Position numbers and translations under genes: made by a program. From positions 864,001-928,000 of the forward strand of contig OY762428.1 in the NCBI GenBank assembly GCA_963665665.1: a stretch of 64,000 bases of DNA, in the 5' to 3' direction. Below are positions 40,218 to 50,145 of this stretch, piece by piece. The notes beneath the pieces were generated by a model. That model did no database searches and was not told where the DNA came from. It worked only from the letters and a program-made list of their open reading frames with translations. The DNA comes from Candidatus Kapaibacterium sp. GTDB taxonomy: Bacteria; Bacteroidota; Ignavibacteria; Kapaibacteriales; UBA2268. Each line of letters starts with the position of its first letter. Positions within the stretch are counted from its first letter, which is position 1.

Positions 40218-41875
40218 CAAAATATTTAGAATTCGATACCCCGGCCATTAAGCATGCCGGCGAACTTAAAGGGGATTACGGCCTTTCAAATCACGGGCTG
40301 AAACATCTCGACAATGTTTATTGGAACCTTCCGACTCCCGCACTGATCGAAGAAGCAGTCTTTCGTGGCGAAGGCCACCTGACTAACGGCGGAGCCTTTC
40401 TTGTTAATACTGGTAAACATACATCCAGGGCCGCAAATGATAAGTTTATCGTTCGCGAGGATTCTACCGAAGATAAAATCGACTGGGGTGAGTACAACAG
40501 GCCTATGGAGCCTGAGAAATTTGATGCGCTTTATTCCAGGCTTCAGGCTTACCTTCAGGGCGAGGATGTATTTGTTCAGGACTGTTACCTTGGGGCTGAT
40601 CCCGAGCACCAGATAGCTGTAAGAGTTATCACTGAATATGCATGGCAGAGCTTCTTTGCCAGAAATATGTGTATCCCGATCAGAAACAGGGATAAACTAA
40701 AAACATTCGTTCCTGATTTCACACTTATTGCCTGCCCGAAATTCAAATCCGACCCGCGTGTAGACGGAACAAACAGCGAAACATGCCTTGCTTTGAACTT
40801 CCAGCAACGCACTGCACTGGTACTTGGTTCAAGCTATGGCGGAGAAGTCAAGAAATCACTCTTTACCGTTATGAACTTCCTGAAACCCCTTGACGGCGTT
40901 ATGTCCATGCATTGCTCGGCAAACGTTGGTAAGGAAAACGATGTGGCTCTCTTCTTTGGTCTTAGTGGTACGGGTAAAACAACACTTTCAGCCGATCCTA
41001 AACGCCGCCTTATCGGTGATGATGAGCACGGCTGGAGCGACGAGGGAGTATTTAACTACGAAGGCGGATGCTACGCCAAAGTTATCAGGCTAAATGCAGA
41101 GCACGAACCTGAAATATACCAGTGTACAAAAACTTTCGGAACTATACTCGAAAATGTGGTTTACGATCTGCCGTCCCGTCACCTTGATCTGGATGATGAT
41201 ATAAATACCGAAAACACCAGGGCTTCATATCCTGTATGGATGATACCGAATATTATTTCCAAAGGACATGTAAAAGCTCATCCAAAAAATGTGATATTCC
41301 TTACATGTGACGCTCAGGGCGTGATGCCTCCGATAGCAAGGCTAAATCCTGAGCAGACTATTTATCACTTCATTAGTGGTTATACATCAAAGATCGCCGG
41401 TACGGAAGCTGGACTTGGAATAGAACCACAGATAACCTTCAGTGCCTGTTTTGGCGCTCCCTTCATGGTTCATCATCCATTTTATTATGCCAACCTTCTT
41501 GAGAAAAAAATGGAGCAGCACGGTGCAAAAGCGTGGCTGGTTAATACAGGCTGGGTAGGCGGCAAGTTTGGTGTTGGTAAGCGTATCAGTATCAGGCATA
41601 CAAGAAATATGCTGAATGCTGCTTTGGACGGCGTTCTGGATAATATGGAATTCCGTAAAGACAAGCTATTTGGATTTGAAGTTCCTGTTATCTGCCCTGA
41701 TGTTCCGTCTGATGTTTTCGAACCATCAAATGCATGGGGTAACAAAGACGATTACTGGCGGAAATATGATGCTTTAGCATCCTTATACATTGAGAACTTC
41801 AAGCTGTACAAAGACGGCGTTCCACCGGAAATTTACAATGCCGGCCCCGTCAGGCTGAAAGATACAATGGATTAA
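40214..41875 (+). CDS. pckA: Phosphoenolpyruvate carboxykinase (ATP)
   Basis: YGGEVKK, MHCSAN, GLSGTGKTTLS, LIGDDEHGW, NYEGGCYAK, ENTRASYP; ATGA overlap with the aminotransferase. Confidence 0.97.
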   Translation: MTKYLEFDTPAIKHAGELKGDYGLSNHGLKHLDNVYWNLPTPALIEEAVFRGEGHLTNGGAFLVNTGKHTSRAANDKFIVREDSTEDKIDWGEYNRPMEPEKFDALYSRLQAYLQGEDVFVQDCYLGADPEHQIAVRVITEYAWQSFFARNMCIPIRNRDKLKTFVPDFTLIACPKFKSDPRVDGTNSETCLALNFQQRTALVLGSSYGGEVKKSLFTVMNFLKPLDGVMSMHCSANVGKENDVALFFGLSGTGKTTLSADPKRRLIGDDEHGWSDEGVFNYEGGCYAKVIRLNAEHEPEIYQCTKTFGTILENVVYDLPSRHLDLDDDINTENTRASYPVWMIPNIISKGHVKAHPKNVIFLTCDAQGVMPPIARLNPEQTIYHFISGYTSKIAGTEAGLGIEPQITFSACFGAPFMVHHPFYYANLLEKKMEQHGAKAWLVNTGWVGGKFGVGKRISIRHTRNMLNAALDGVLDNMEFRKDKLFGFEVPVICPDVPSDVFEPSNAWGNKDDYWRKYDALASLYIENFKLYKDGVPPEIYNAGPVRLKDTMD

Positions 41876-41897
41876 TTTTCCATAATTATTTAAATTT

Positions 41898-41929
41898 AAA
41901 AAACCCCGGGATATTTCCGGGGTTTTTTT
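41898..41929. terminator. Bidirectional intrinsic terminator
   Basis: A6-CCCCGG...CCGGGG-T7 between convergent genes. Confidence 0.85.
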
Positions 41930-41958
41930 GTTTAGAAAATCGTTTTATTCAAAAAAAG

Positions 41959-44682
41959 CTATGAATAACAGGTTACGCTATTGGTCTTCTGAAGTGACAT
42001 ATCCAGCACTAACCTCGCATTATCAAATACAACTTCCGGAGATTCGCCTGAACTAATTTCAGAAATACCAATTGAAACGGTAACTGTATAGTTCTGCCCG
42101 TCGATATTGATTGATTCACCGGCTATTTCTCTTCTTATTTTTTCAGCCCACATCTGTGCCTGATCCAAATTCGTACCAACAAGTAATATGCCGTAAATAC
42201 TACCTTCAGCCCTGCCAAACACATCATAAGGCCTAATATTCCCTGATACCAAACCGATAGTATGATCAATCGCCTGTTCTAAACGTTCAGGATAGTTCTG
42301 CGGATCAAGCGAACTATAATAGTCCAGGGAAAACAAACAAAGTGAAGCACTCTGCCCAAAATCAACAGAGCGGTGATATTCCTCCTCGATCCTGTATCCG
42401 AAGGATGCTTCGTTCATCATACCGGTATTAGCATCGAAGAGTGCACTGGACTGAAGCATTTCAACAAAATGAATTCTTTCAAGAGCATTCCCGGTTTGAT
42501 AGCAGAGTGTTTCCAAAATATTTATATCATGGGGACTCAGCATACAGGGCTTTTCTGACTCGAAATACAGAACACCATAAGTAGAACGAAGAGTCCTGAG
42601 AGGAATCGGAAACGCAGCAATAAATCCTCCCTCAAGTCTTTCTTCTCCGGGATATATTCTGATTTGCGATGAATCCATAGATGATATTATCGATCTTTTA
42701 CCACTTTTAATCACCTGTCCGCATATTGTATTATTCAGATCAATTATTTTTGCCGGTATTTTATCAGATAAGCTGCCGTTAACATTTCTTTTTAGTATCT
42801 TCCAGGCATCAATTGATGAATCATAACCTATAACACCACAATGTTCATAATCAAACATTCCAGAAACTGTCTCATTCAGGGCATTCACAATTTCAATGAT
42901 TTCCGTTCCTGCTTTTTCCATCAGTCCCCTGAATTTTGAAAGGGCACCAAGAGTATTGGAAGCCTGAATAAGGTCGTATTTTTCTGTATATCCCTGGATC
43001 AGAGCTGCTATCATTTTGGAATAATGCCCCAGGAACCCGACAGTTACCGAATCATAAACATCACTAACATTGCTGTCGGCACAAATCACCCCTACAAGGT
43101 CAGATTCAAAGAATACCGGCACTCCGATAAAAGAGGAAATTTTTGCTGCTCTTTTATAATACGGCAACAGGTCAAGTTCGGCATTTGGATTTATCTCTGT
43201 AAGTATTTCCGGTTTTGCATTCATACATATCTGGCTGATAATGTCATTTCCTGCCGGAAAGCGCCTTTCTTCTTTAAGCGACCGAGGAACATCTGTCTCG
43301 AATGCTTCCAGAATCAATTCCCTTCTTTCGGAATTATACAGGAAAAATGATGCTGTCCGTGTATTGGTAACTGACCTTATGGACATTAATAAGCGCGACA
43401 GAAAATATTCAAATTCAAGCCTTGGTTCTGAATTTTCAATTTGAATATCTTCCATTAGGGAAGACAATGGCAATTCAATATCTTTAGTTTTATAATCAAC
43501 ATCCGGACAGTTTTCTTCCTGAATATTGCCGGTTGTTTTTTCATTTTCCTCAACTGTATCAAAATTCAATACTTCCTGAACATCCTTTGCCTTATCTTTT
43601 TTATCAATTATTTCCGGCACAGGTTGATCTTGAATTTCAGGTGGAATCGGTACAATTTTCTCTTTTATTTCAGGCTTTTGTTCATTCAGAGATTCCACTT
43701 CAGGCTTTTCCTGCCTTATTTCAGTTTTATTAACTATAGGATCTTTTGCAGTGGGTTCATCATCGGTTCTTTTAATTTTATCTGATACAGGACGATCAAT
43801 ATTCGAAGTTTGCTTCCTTTTTTTATTCCTGTTTTTCTTCCTTGCATTTTTCGAAAGTTTAGGCCTGATCGTCTGTTTTGCATCGGTTTCTGATGTAGCT
43901 GCAGCTGATCTTAGCTGATTGTTTTTTATTTCTTCAGGCCTTTCAGTGTTTTTCTCATTGTTTTCAGGTTCAGGAGTTTCTGGAATTTTAAGTGGTTCCG
44001 GAAATATTTCATTTTTTATTTCAGGAGGTTCATTTGTTTCAATTTTGGGTTCAGGTTGAGCATTGGATTTTTTTACACTTCCTTTTTTAATTATTCTGAA
44101 TCCCTCATCAGATCCCATAAAGTCATTATCAACACTATCCTGAGTAATTGATTTGTTTTCATCAATTTTGTTTTCCCTAAACGGCATTTTTGGAGGAATT
44201 GGAATATCCTTCTGTTTTGAATTATCTTCAGGTACTGGTTTTGGCTTTGGTGGTTGTTTTACCCTGGTTTCTATCGTTTCATTTGAAATTTCTTTTTCCG
44301 CAGCCGGCCTTGTAATAAAATCAGCAGCAGGTTTAGGAGCTGGCTTTCTTTTTGTCCGGAATTCACTGTCGTCGTCGCCAAGGGCATCATTAAAATTTTC
44401 AATAACAGTCCTTTTTGCTGAAGTATCTTTTGTATGTGTAACTTTAAATTTATCCTGAGGCTCCTTTGGTGTATGCCTTATGGCAACGGAATCGGAAATT
44501 CTCTGGGATATCAGCATGAATAACATTACAACACTCAGCACGGAGATACTGGCTCCTATTAGCTTTATTGCACCTTCGTCAAGGAAGATAGCAATAAGCA
44601 AACCTACAATAATCACTAAAATTAAGATAAAATCACTGGGTATAAGTAATTTTTTATAGTCTATTTTCCTGCCCTGGAACAT
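41959..44682 (-). CDS. Membrane protein: 2 TM + long disordered linker + two GAF domains + degenerate GGDEF domain
   Basis: GAF motifs SFIGVPV...VGVICAD and YGVLYFES; GGDEF fold (DANTGMMN, IRPYDVFGRAEGSIY, VTVSIGIS) with the active-site motif replaced by EGSIY. Confidence 0.85.
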   Translation of the reverse strand: MFQGRKIDYKKLLIPSDFILILVIIVGLLIAIFLDEGAIKLIGASISVLSVVMLFMLISQRISDSVAIRHTPKEPQDKFKVTHTKDTSAKRTVIENFNDALGDDDSEFRTKRKPAPKPAADFITRPAAEKEISNETIETRVKQPPKPKPVPEDNSKQKDIPIPPKMPFRENKIDENKSITQDSVDNDFMGSDEGFRIIKKGSVKKSNAQPEPKIETNEPPEIKNEIFPEPLKIPETPEPENNEKNTERPEEIKNNQLRSAAATSETDAKQTIRPKLSKNARKKNRNKKRKQTSNIDRPVSDKIKRTDDEPTAKDPIVNKTEIRQEKPEVESLNEQKPEIKEKIVPIPPEIQDQPVPEIIDKKDKAKDVQEVLNFDTVEENEKTTGNIQEENCPDVDYKTKDIELPLSSLMEDIQIENSEPRLEFEYFLSRLLMSIRSVTNTRTASFFLYNSERRELILEAFETDVPRSLKEERRFPAGNDIISQICMNAKPEILTEINPNAELDLLPYYKRAAKISSFIGVPVFFESDLVGVICADSNVSDVYDSVTVGFLGHYSKMIAALIQGYTEKYDLIQASNTLGALSKFRGLMEKAGTEIIEIVNALNETVSGMFDYEHCGVIGYDSSIDAWKILKRNVNGSLSDKIPAKIIDLNNTICGQVIKSGKRSIISSMDSSQIRIYPGEERLEGGFIAAFPIPLRTLRSTYGVLYFESEKPCMLSPHDINILETLCYQTGNALERIHFVEMLQSSALFDANTGMMNEASFGYRIEEEYHRSVDFGQSASLCLFSLDYYSSLDPQNYPERLEQAIDHTIGLVSGNIRPYDVFGRAEGSIYGILLVGTNLDQAQMWAEKIRREIAGESINIDGQNYTVTVSIGISEISSGESPEVVFDNARLVLDMSLQKTNSVTCYS

Positions 44683-44939
44683 GCCACACCTGATTATAAA
44701 TAAATAATATTGCCCCCCGGTCTATAACCCGGCATACAAAAATATTAATAATTATCGAGATATATTAATATCAATTATTCCAATTCAAATTTTATCCGGT
44801 GTTTTTTATCCCCCCGGCTCTTCCTCATATCTGAATTTTCAACCGATAACATTTCCCGTCAGTTAAATAAAATTAATTTTATTTAGAATTCAAAATAAAA
44901 AATTGAAAAATTAAAAACTTAGGGCAATTTTTCTTATAA

Positions 44940-46676
44940 TTATCTGAATATTACAAATTTTGAGGAATAAATACTGCTATAACTTACAAAACGAATGAAA
45001 TAAATGCCATTGGAAAAGCTTTTGGTATCAATTTTAATCTTTATTCCTTCTCCGCGAAGTGAACTTTTAGATTTGTTTACTAATCTTCCTGTCTGATCAT
45101 ATATCATTAATGCAAAATCAGAATCCTCAGGATTATTAATAACAATCTCCATTTTTTCATTAGAAACAGGATTTGGATTAATTGAAATAATTCCGGCGGG
45201 AAAGCTGTCGTCGAAAAGCCTGGGAATCGGGTCAATACATAGATCACTCAGGCATATCATGCCCTTACTGAAATTTGAAGAATACTCGCTGCAATCCCAT
45301 TCGCATTCGATTGATATTTCGGTGCAGCTTTCATTTCCAAGCAGGGTTCTGAATTCAGGTCTGCCAATTATCGAATCAGCCGGGTTGAAGTCGATAGAGA
45401 TGAAATTTGTATCATTGCGAATATAATTGGCATCAAATCCGGACAATGGAAAAAGCATGCTTTTATTGAAGCCGAGAATTACTCTTCCTGAATTGATTCC
45501 GCAATCTGCCAAACCGTACTGATCAATAGAAACATCAATTATTAATATTGTATCAACTGGTACGCTCAAAGTATCGATCGAAATGGCAGAATAAATATCA
45601 GCTCCGGAAACTACTATACTGTCAGCAGAAGTACATCCAAGGCTGTTTGTTGAATAAATCCTGTAAGTACCCGGGGAATCAACCATAATTTCATTTTCTT
45701 CCGATCCGTTATCCCATTTATACTCTATTCCGGGTTCCGGGTCTACATAAAGTCTGGCAGAGCTGCACGGACACAAAGGTATATTTTCCGCGAAAATTTC
45801 CGTTTCCGGGCCTGGCACAACGTCAATCACAACTGAATCCAATAAGCTGCATCCAAGGCTGTCCTGCACAAGCACATATATCACTTTATTTTCATTCCCA
45901 CCAATCACAACAGTAGAATCAGTTCCCATAACGTCACCGTTATTTTCGAACCATTCAAATTTATATGGCAGGATACCCGACGGTACTGCGGCAAAGACCT
46001 CGGTACTGTCATCACGGCAGATACTAACTGTACCTGAAGTGTAGCTTGTCAGGAGGCAGGCAGGCTTAAGGGAGATATCGTCAAGTGCAAAATCATTACC
46101 CTTCAGTTCCAGGTTATTGTCGATAATTTTTATATCAACCGATTCAAGCCCGGGGGAAATCCACTCTATTTCGAATTCGGTCCAGTTGCAGGCCGTTGTA
46201 TCAAGCTGAATATCAGCATCAATTTTTTCATCTCCGAAATATACTTCCAGGGTAGCCGGATTTTCCTCATATACACTGGTATGCCAGAAGGAAAAACGAT
46301 ATTTTTTTAATGGTATCAGCCCTGAAACTTTTTGTGACCATACAAGCTGATTCCTGTAGAAGGAACCATTAACTGCAAGCATATTCCCCGCACCGCTTGT
46401 ATGATCGCTGCAATCAGAAAGAGTTGCATGAATTGCCTGCGGGTTAGTTACGATAGCATAGAAGCCTTCAGAAGAAATATCCGACGGAGAATATACATAA
46501 TCCGTTTTGAAATCAGTATTTCCGGCTTCAAAATCCCCATTTTTAATCATTTCAAAATCATCAGAAGGTTCCGGGATATTTCCTGCTTCAATCGGATTTG
46601 CAGTACAGAAAAAACATAATAAGAATATTAAGAAATATCCTGTTGATTGCCTTTTATTTCCTACAAAAGCTGCCAT
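44940..46676 (-). CDS. Secreted protein with carbohydrate-binding-like N-terminal domain, Ig-like repeats and T9SS sorting domain
   Basis: Signal peptide; NGDFEAGN...DHTSGAGNMLAVNG...GNDFALDDISL (CBM-like); C-terminal INPNP...YDQTGR...NGIYFIR...KFVIFR. Confidence 0.82.
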   Translation of the reverse strand: MAAFVGNKRQSTGYFLIFLLCFFCTANPIEAGNIPEPSDDFEMIKNGDFEAGNTDFKTDYVYSPSDISSEGFYAIVTNPQAIHATLSDCSDHTSGAGNMLAVNGSFYRNQLVWSQKVSGLIPLKKYRFSFWHTSVYEENPATLEVYFGDEKIDADIQLDTTACNWTEFEIEWISPGLESVDIKIIDNNLELKGNDFALDDISLKPACLLTSYTSGTVSICRDDSTEVFAAVPSGILPYKFEWFENNGDVMGTDSTVVIGGNENKVIYVLVQDSLGCSLLDSVVIDVVPGPETEIFAENIPLCPCSSARLYVDPEPGIEYKWDNGSEENEIMVDSPGTYRIYSTNSLGCTSADSIVVSGADIYSAISIDTLSVPVDTILIIDVSIDQYGLADCGINSGRVILGFNKSMLFPLSGFDANYIRNDTNFISIDFNPADSIIGRPEFRTLLGNESCTEISIECEWDCSEYSSNFSKGMICLSDLCIDPIPRLFDDSFPAGIISINPNPVSNEKMEIVINNPEDSDFALMIYDQTGRLVNKSKSSLRGEGIKIKIDTKSFSNGIYFIRFVSYSSIYSSKFVIFR

Positions 46677-46979
46677 AATGCAAATTAACCAAATCTTATG
46701 TTGCTGTAAAAGTTATTTTTCCATATTTTAATATATGTTGTTAAGAAATTACAACACTAATGATTAAAAAAATATTTTAGCTTTTGCTAATTATCCGTTA
46801 ACTCATTATCTTTGTTATTAGCAATTACGCTTAATATGAAAAAATGCTAACACAAGCCGGGAAAAAGGCAGTTACAGCAAGGCAAAGGATCAGACAGCAG
46901 GAAATTCAGGATTATGTAATTGAATTAATTTGAATTTGAAATTGGATCCTTTTTATTGTATAATTTATGGGAATAATAT

Positions 46980-47924
46980 ATGAGTATTCTTGTTGACAAA
47001 AAATCCAAAATCCTGGTACAGGGGATAACCGGATCAGAAGGTACATTCCATACTTCCCAAATGTTAGAATATGGAACGAAAGTTGTGGCCGGCGTTACTC
47101 CCGGCAAAGGCGGAACAAACTACAAAGGCAAAGGCGAGATAACATTTAAGAAAGCCGTGCCTGTTTATAACACCGTTAAAGAAGCTGTTGCTGCAAAAAA
47201 AGCTAATGTTTCGCTAATTTTTGTGCCGCCGCCCTTTGCAGCCGATGCGATCCTTGAATCCATCGATGCTGAAATTCCTCTAATTATTTGTATTACCGAA
47301 GGCGTTCCAACAAGGGACATGATCAAAGTAAATGAAGCTCTTGCTAATTCAAATTCAAGGCTTGTAGGGCCAAACTGCCCTGGCGTTATTACTCCGGGAC
47401 AGGCTAAAGTCGGTATCATGCCAGGATTTATCCATAAAGAAGGCAATATTGGCGTTGTTTCCCGCAGTGGCACGCTTACTTATGAAGCTGTTAAACAGCT
47501 TACAGACCTTGATCTTGGCCAGTCAACATGTATAGGAATTGGCGGCGACCCGATTATCGGTACGCCATTCCTGGATGCTGTTACACTCTTCAACGAGGAC
47601 CCCGATACGCACGCGATACTTATGATCGGTGAAATTGGCGGTAATGCCGAAGAAACAGCAGCTGACTACATTAAGAAAAATGTTAAGAAGCCTGTTGTTG
47701 GTTTCATTGCCGGAAGAACTGCTCCTCCCGGACGCAGGATGGGGCATGCCGGTGCTATCATCGCAGGTGGCAAAGGCACTGCCGAAGACAAAATTGCAGC
47801 TTTGAAAAAATCAGGTATATCCGTAGCTGATTCACCTGCAGAAATTGGTGTTACAATGCAAAAAGCGCTTGAAAAAGCTGCAAAACCCAAAAAAACAACA
47901 AGGAAAAAAGCTGCTGCAAAATAA
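46980..47924 (+). CDS. sucD: Succinate--CoA ligase alpha subunit
   Basis: [48 protein letters not shown] (phospho-His). Confidence 0.97.
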   Translation: MSILVDKKSKILVQGITGSEGTFHTSQMLEYGTKVVAGVTPGKGGTNYKGKGEITFKKAVPVYNTVKEAVAAKKANVSLIFVPPPFAADAILESIDAEIPLIICITEGVPTRDMIKVNEALANSNSRLVGPNCPGVITPGQAKVGIMPGFIHKEGNIGVVSRSGTLTYEAVKQLTDLDLGQSTCIGIGGDPIIGTPFLDAVTLFNEDPDTHAILMIGEIGGNAEETAADYIKKNVKKPVVGFIAGRTAPPGRRMGHAGAIIAGGKGTAEDKIAALKKSGISVADSPAEIGVTMQKALEKAAKPKKTTRKKAAAK

Positions 47925-47947
47925 TCAGTAATTATGAATTGTAAAAT

Positions 47948-47988
47948 AAGGGTGATAAACTTATAAATTTTAAAGGTTTTTCACCCTT
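47948..47988 (+). terminator. Imperfect hairpin between sucD and ndk
   Basis: AAGGGTGA / TCACCCTT arms with an AT-rich extension. Confidence 0.45.
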
Positions 47989-48094
47989 CTATTGTGTATA
48001 ATCGAAAATATTCAGAAATTTGTTTGAGACCTTTTTGCAATTAATGGGTCTTTGTATATTAGAAAGAATATATTTTTTTGAAAGGAATAGAAAA

Positions 48095-48520
48095 ATGGGC
48101 AACAGGACACTCGCCATAATTAAACCGGATTCGGTTAAAAAAAATGTTATAGGGCAGATAATTACAAAAATTACTGACGCTGGCTTTAAAATCAAAGCTA
48201 TGACCATGATGAGTATTACTCCCAAACAGGCCGGGACATTTTATGAAGTACACAAGGAAAGGCCATTTTACGCTGACCTCCTTGAATATATGAGCAGCGG
48301 ACCCGTCGTTCCCTTAGCACTTGAAAAAGAAAATGCTGTTGAAGACTTCAGAAAGCTTATCGGTAATACTGATCCTCAGAAAGCTGACGAAGGAACAATA
48401 CGCCAGTTATACGGAACAGATATTGGAACAAATGCCATACACGGTTCGGATTCCGATGAAAATGCAGCTATTGAAATTGGTTTCTTCTTCAGCGGCAGTG
48501 ATATTGCATCGATGAAATAG
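48095..48520 (+). CDS. ndk: Nucleoside-diphosphate kinase
   Basis: [35 protein letters not shown]; start at 48095 with AAGGA RBS. Confidence 0.96.
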   Translation: MGNRTLAIIKPDSVKKNVIGQIITKITDAGFKIKAMTMMSITPKQAGTFYEVHKERPFYADLLEYMSSGPVVPLALEKENAVEDFRKLIGNTDPQKADEGTIRQLYGTDIGTNAIHGSDSDENAAIEIGFFFSGSDIASMK

Positions 48521-48553
48521 CGTACTTTGAATTTAATTGAACTTAGATTGTAA

Positions 48554-49084
48554 ATGCTGAAAAAACTAAAGAAAATCTCGGGAGGGGTAAAATATTCAAA
48601 CCCCTACTGGAACTATAATATTGACAATTACGAAATGCCAAATGGCAATACAGGGGATTATCATTACGTCAGTTCAAGGGGGTCAACTATGATAATCCCC
48701 AGGATCGGTGATAAATTTCTGCTGACAGCTCAGTTCAGGTATCTGAACCAAAAAGTCAGCCTGGAATTTCCCGGTGGCGGTATTCAGGAAGGAACAAATC
48801 CCCTGGACAACGCAGTGAAAGAGCTTAAAGAAGAAACAGGGCGTGATCCCGGGAAAATTACTTTTCTCGGCGAGCACAATCCCTTCAACGGGGTAACGAA
48901 TGAAATATGCAGGGTTTATCTCGCTGAGAAATTGAGACCCTGCAATGATAAACCCGATGACTCGGAAGAATTTGAATTATATTTGATGACTGAAAATGAG
49001 ATTATTGACAAAATACAAAAAGGAGAAATATGGGACGGAATGACATTGGCAGCATGGGCCCTGTATTATTTTTCAAAAAGGTAA
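48554..49084 (+). CDS. NUDIX hydrolase (ADP-ribose pyrophosphatase-like)
   Basis: Nudix box GGGIQEGTNPLDNAVKELKEETG preceded by QFRY...LEFP. Confidence 0.9.
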   Translation: MLKKLKKISGGVKYSNPYWNYNIDNYEMPNGNTGDYHYVSSRGSTMIIPRIGDKFLLTAQFRYLNQKVSLEFPGGGIQEGTNPLDNAVKELKEETGRDPGKITFLGEHNPFNGVTNEICRVYLAEKLRPCNDKPDDSEEFELYLMTENEIIDKIQKGEIWDGMTLAAWALYYFSKR

Positions 49085-50070
49085 ATATTACCATTTTAAT
49101 ATTTTTCATATCCTTCGCGGGTTTTAATATTTATAGCCTGTCAGCCCAAACAAAAGGCGAGGATACCAAAAAGAAAAAAGAAAAAGCTCTGGAATACAGA
49201 TTACAAGCAAATTTTCCTCTTAAAATGTATTTCAACTATAAACTAACTGAATCAACAAAAGTCTGGCGTCAGTTCTCCGATAGTTCAGTGATTGAATACG
49301 AGCGTGAAGTAACATATTATTTCACTCATTTCGCACCCAATCCTCCCGATGACGGTTTCCAGCAGGTCAGGGTGATATTTGATTCCCTGAGATATAAATT
49401 CAAAGAAGGCGACGCTGTTTTTGAATTTGATTCTCAGGCAGAAGAATTGCCCGCATCCAGCTTTATCGACCTTACTGCTACAACAGTGCCTATGGGAAGA
49501 AGTTTCGAAATGTTTTACTCGCCTTACGGTGATGTTGCAAAAATTGAAGGCAAGGATATTGACTGGCTTCTGAACTTTCTCAGAGAATCAGCAGGAGCAT
49601 TTCCGGATACTGTCAGTGCTTATATATGGTATCATGGCATTTCTGACCCCCACCTGCAGAATATCGCTGATATACAGAAAGGCTCGCTCCCTTCAGGTTT
49701 TATTGCCGAGGATTCTACCTGGGAATCGAGATTTAACATAGAATTAGACGGAATAAAATTCCGTGATACTTTAAAATCAGAAATTATTGAGAACAAAGCC
49801 GGATTCATTACCGTAAAAGGTGAAATTGACAGCCTTATGCCCCTGCCAGAGCAATACAGGCTATATGGAATTAAAAATTCTCTTGTTAATATTGACGCTG
49901 GAAGAGGAAAGGGAAGCTATATGATAGAACTTACTCCGAGACGCGCCATTAATCTTGCTAAAGCTGAATTCTATGCCGAAGTGGTTGCAAGGGTGAAACG
50001 TTCCAAATTCAAACAAAAGATCCATACCAAAATGACATGGGAACTTATAAACCAATTCAAATTCAAATAG
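49030..50070 (+). CDS. Hypothetical exported beta-rich protein (DUF6263-like); true start uncertain
   Basis: Long ORF overlapping the NUDIX 3' end; signal-like segment KKVNITILIFFISFAGFNIYSLSA; FDS...GRSFEMFYSPYGDVAKIEG pattern. Confidence 0.65.
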   Translation: MGRNDIGSMGPVLFFKKVNITILIFFISFAGFNIYSLSAQTKGEDTKKKKEKALEYRLQANFPLKMYFNYKLTESTKVWRQFSDSSVIEYEREVTYYFTHFAPNPPDDGFQQVRVIFDSLRYKFKEGDAVFEFDSQAEELPASSFIDLTATTVPMGRSFEMFYSPYGDVAKIEGKDIDWLLNFLRESAGAFPDTVSAYIWYHGISDPHLQNIADIQKGSLPSGFIAEDSTWESRFNIELDGIKFRDTLKSEIIENKAGFITVKGEIDSLMPLPEQYRLYGIKNSLVNIDAGRGKGSYMIELTPRRAINLAKAEFYAEVVARVKRSKFKQKIHTKMTWELINQFKFK

Positions 50071-50112
50071 AAATTTCAGCAGAGTAAGCAGCCACAAAAA
50101 CTCCTTCCAACT

Positions 50113-50145
50113 CCTCCGGTGATTCTTAGCCACCGGAGGTTTTTT
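50113..50145 (+). terminator. Intrinsic terminator ending the sucD-ndk-nudix-hypothetical run
   Basis: CCTCCGGTG / CACCGGAGG stem followed by T6. Confidence 0.8.
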
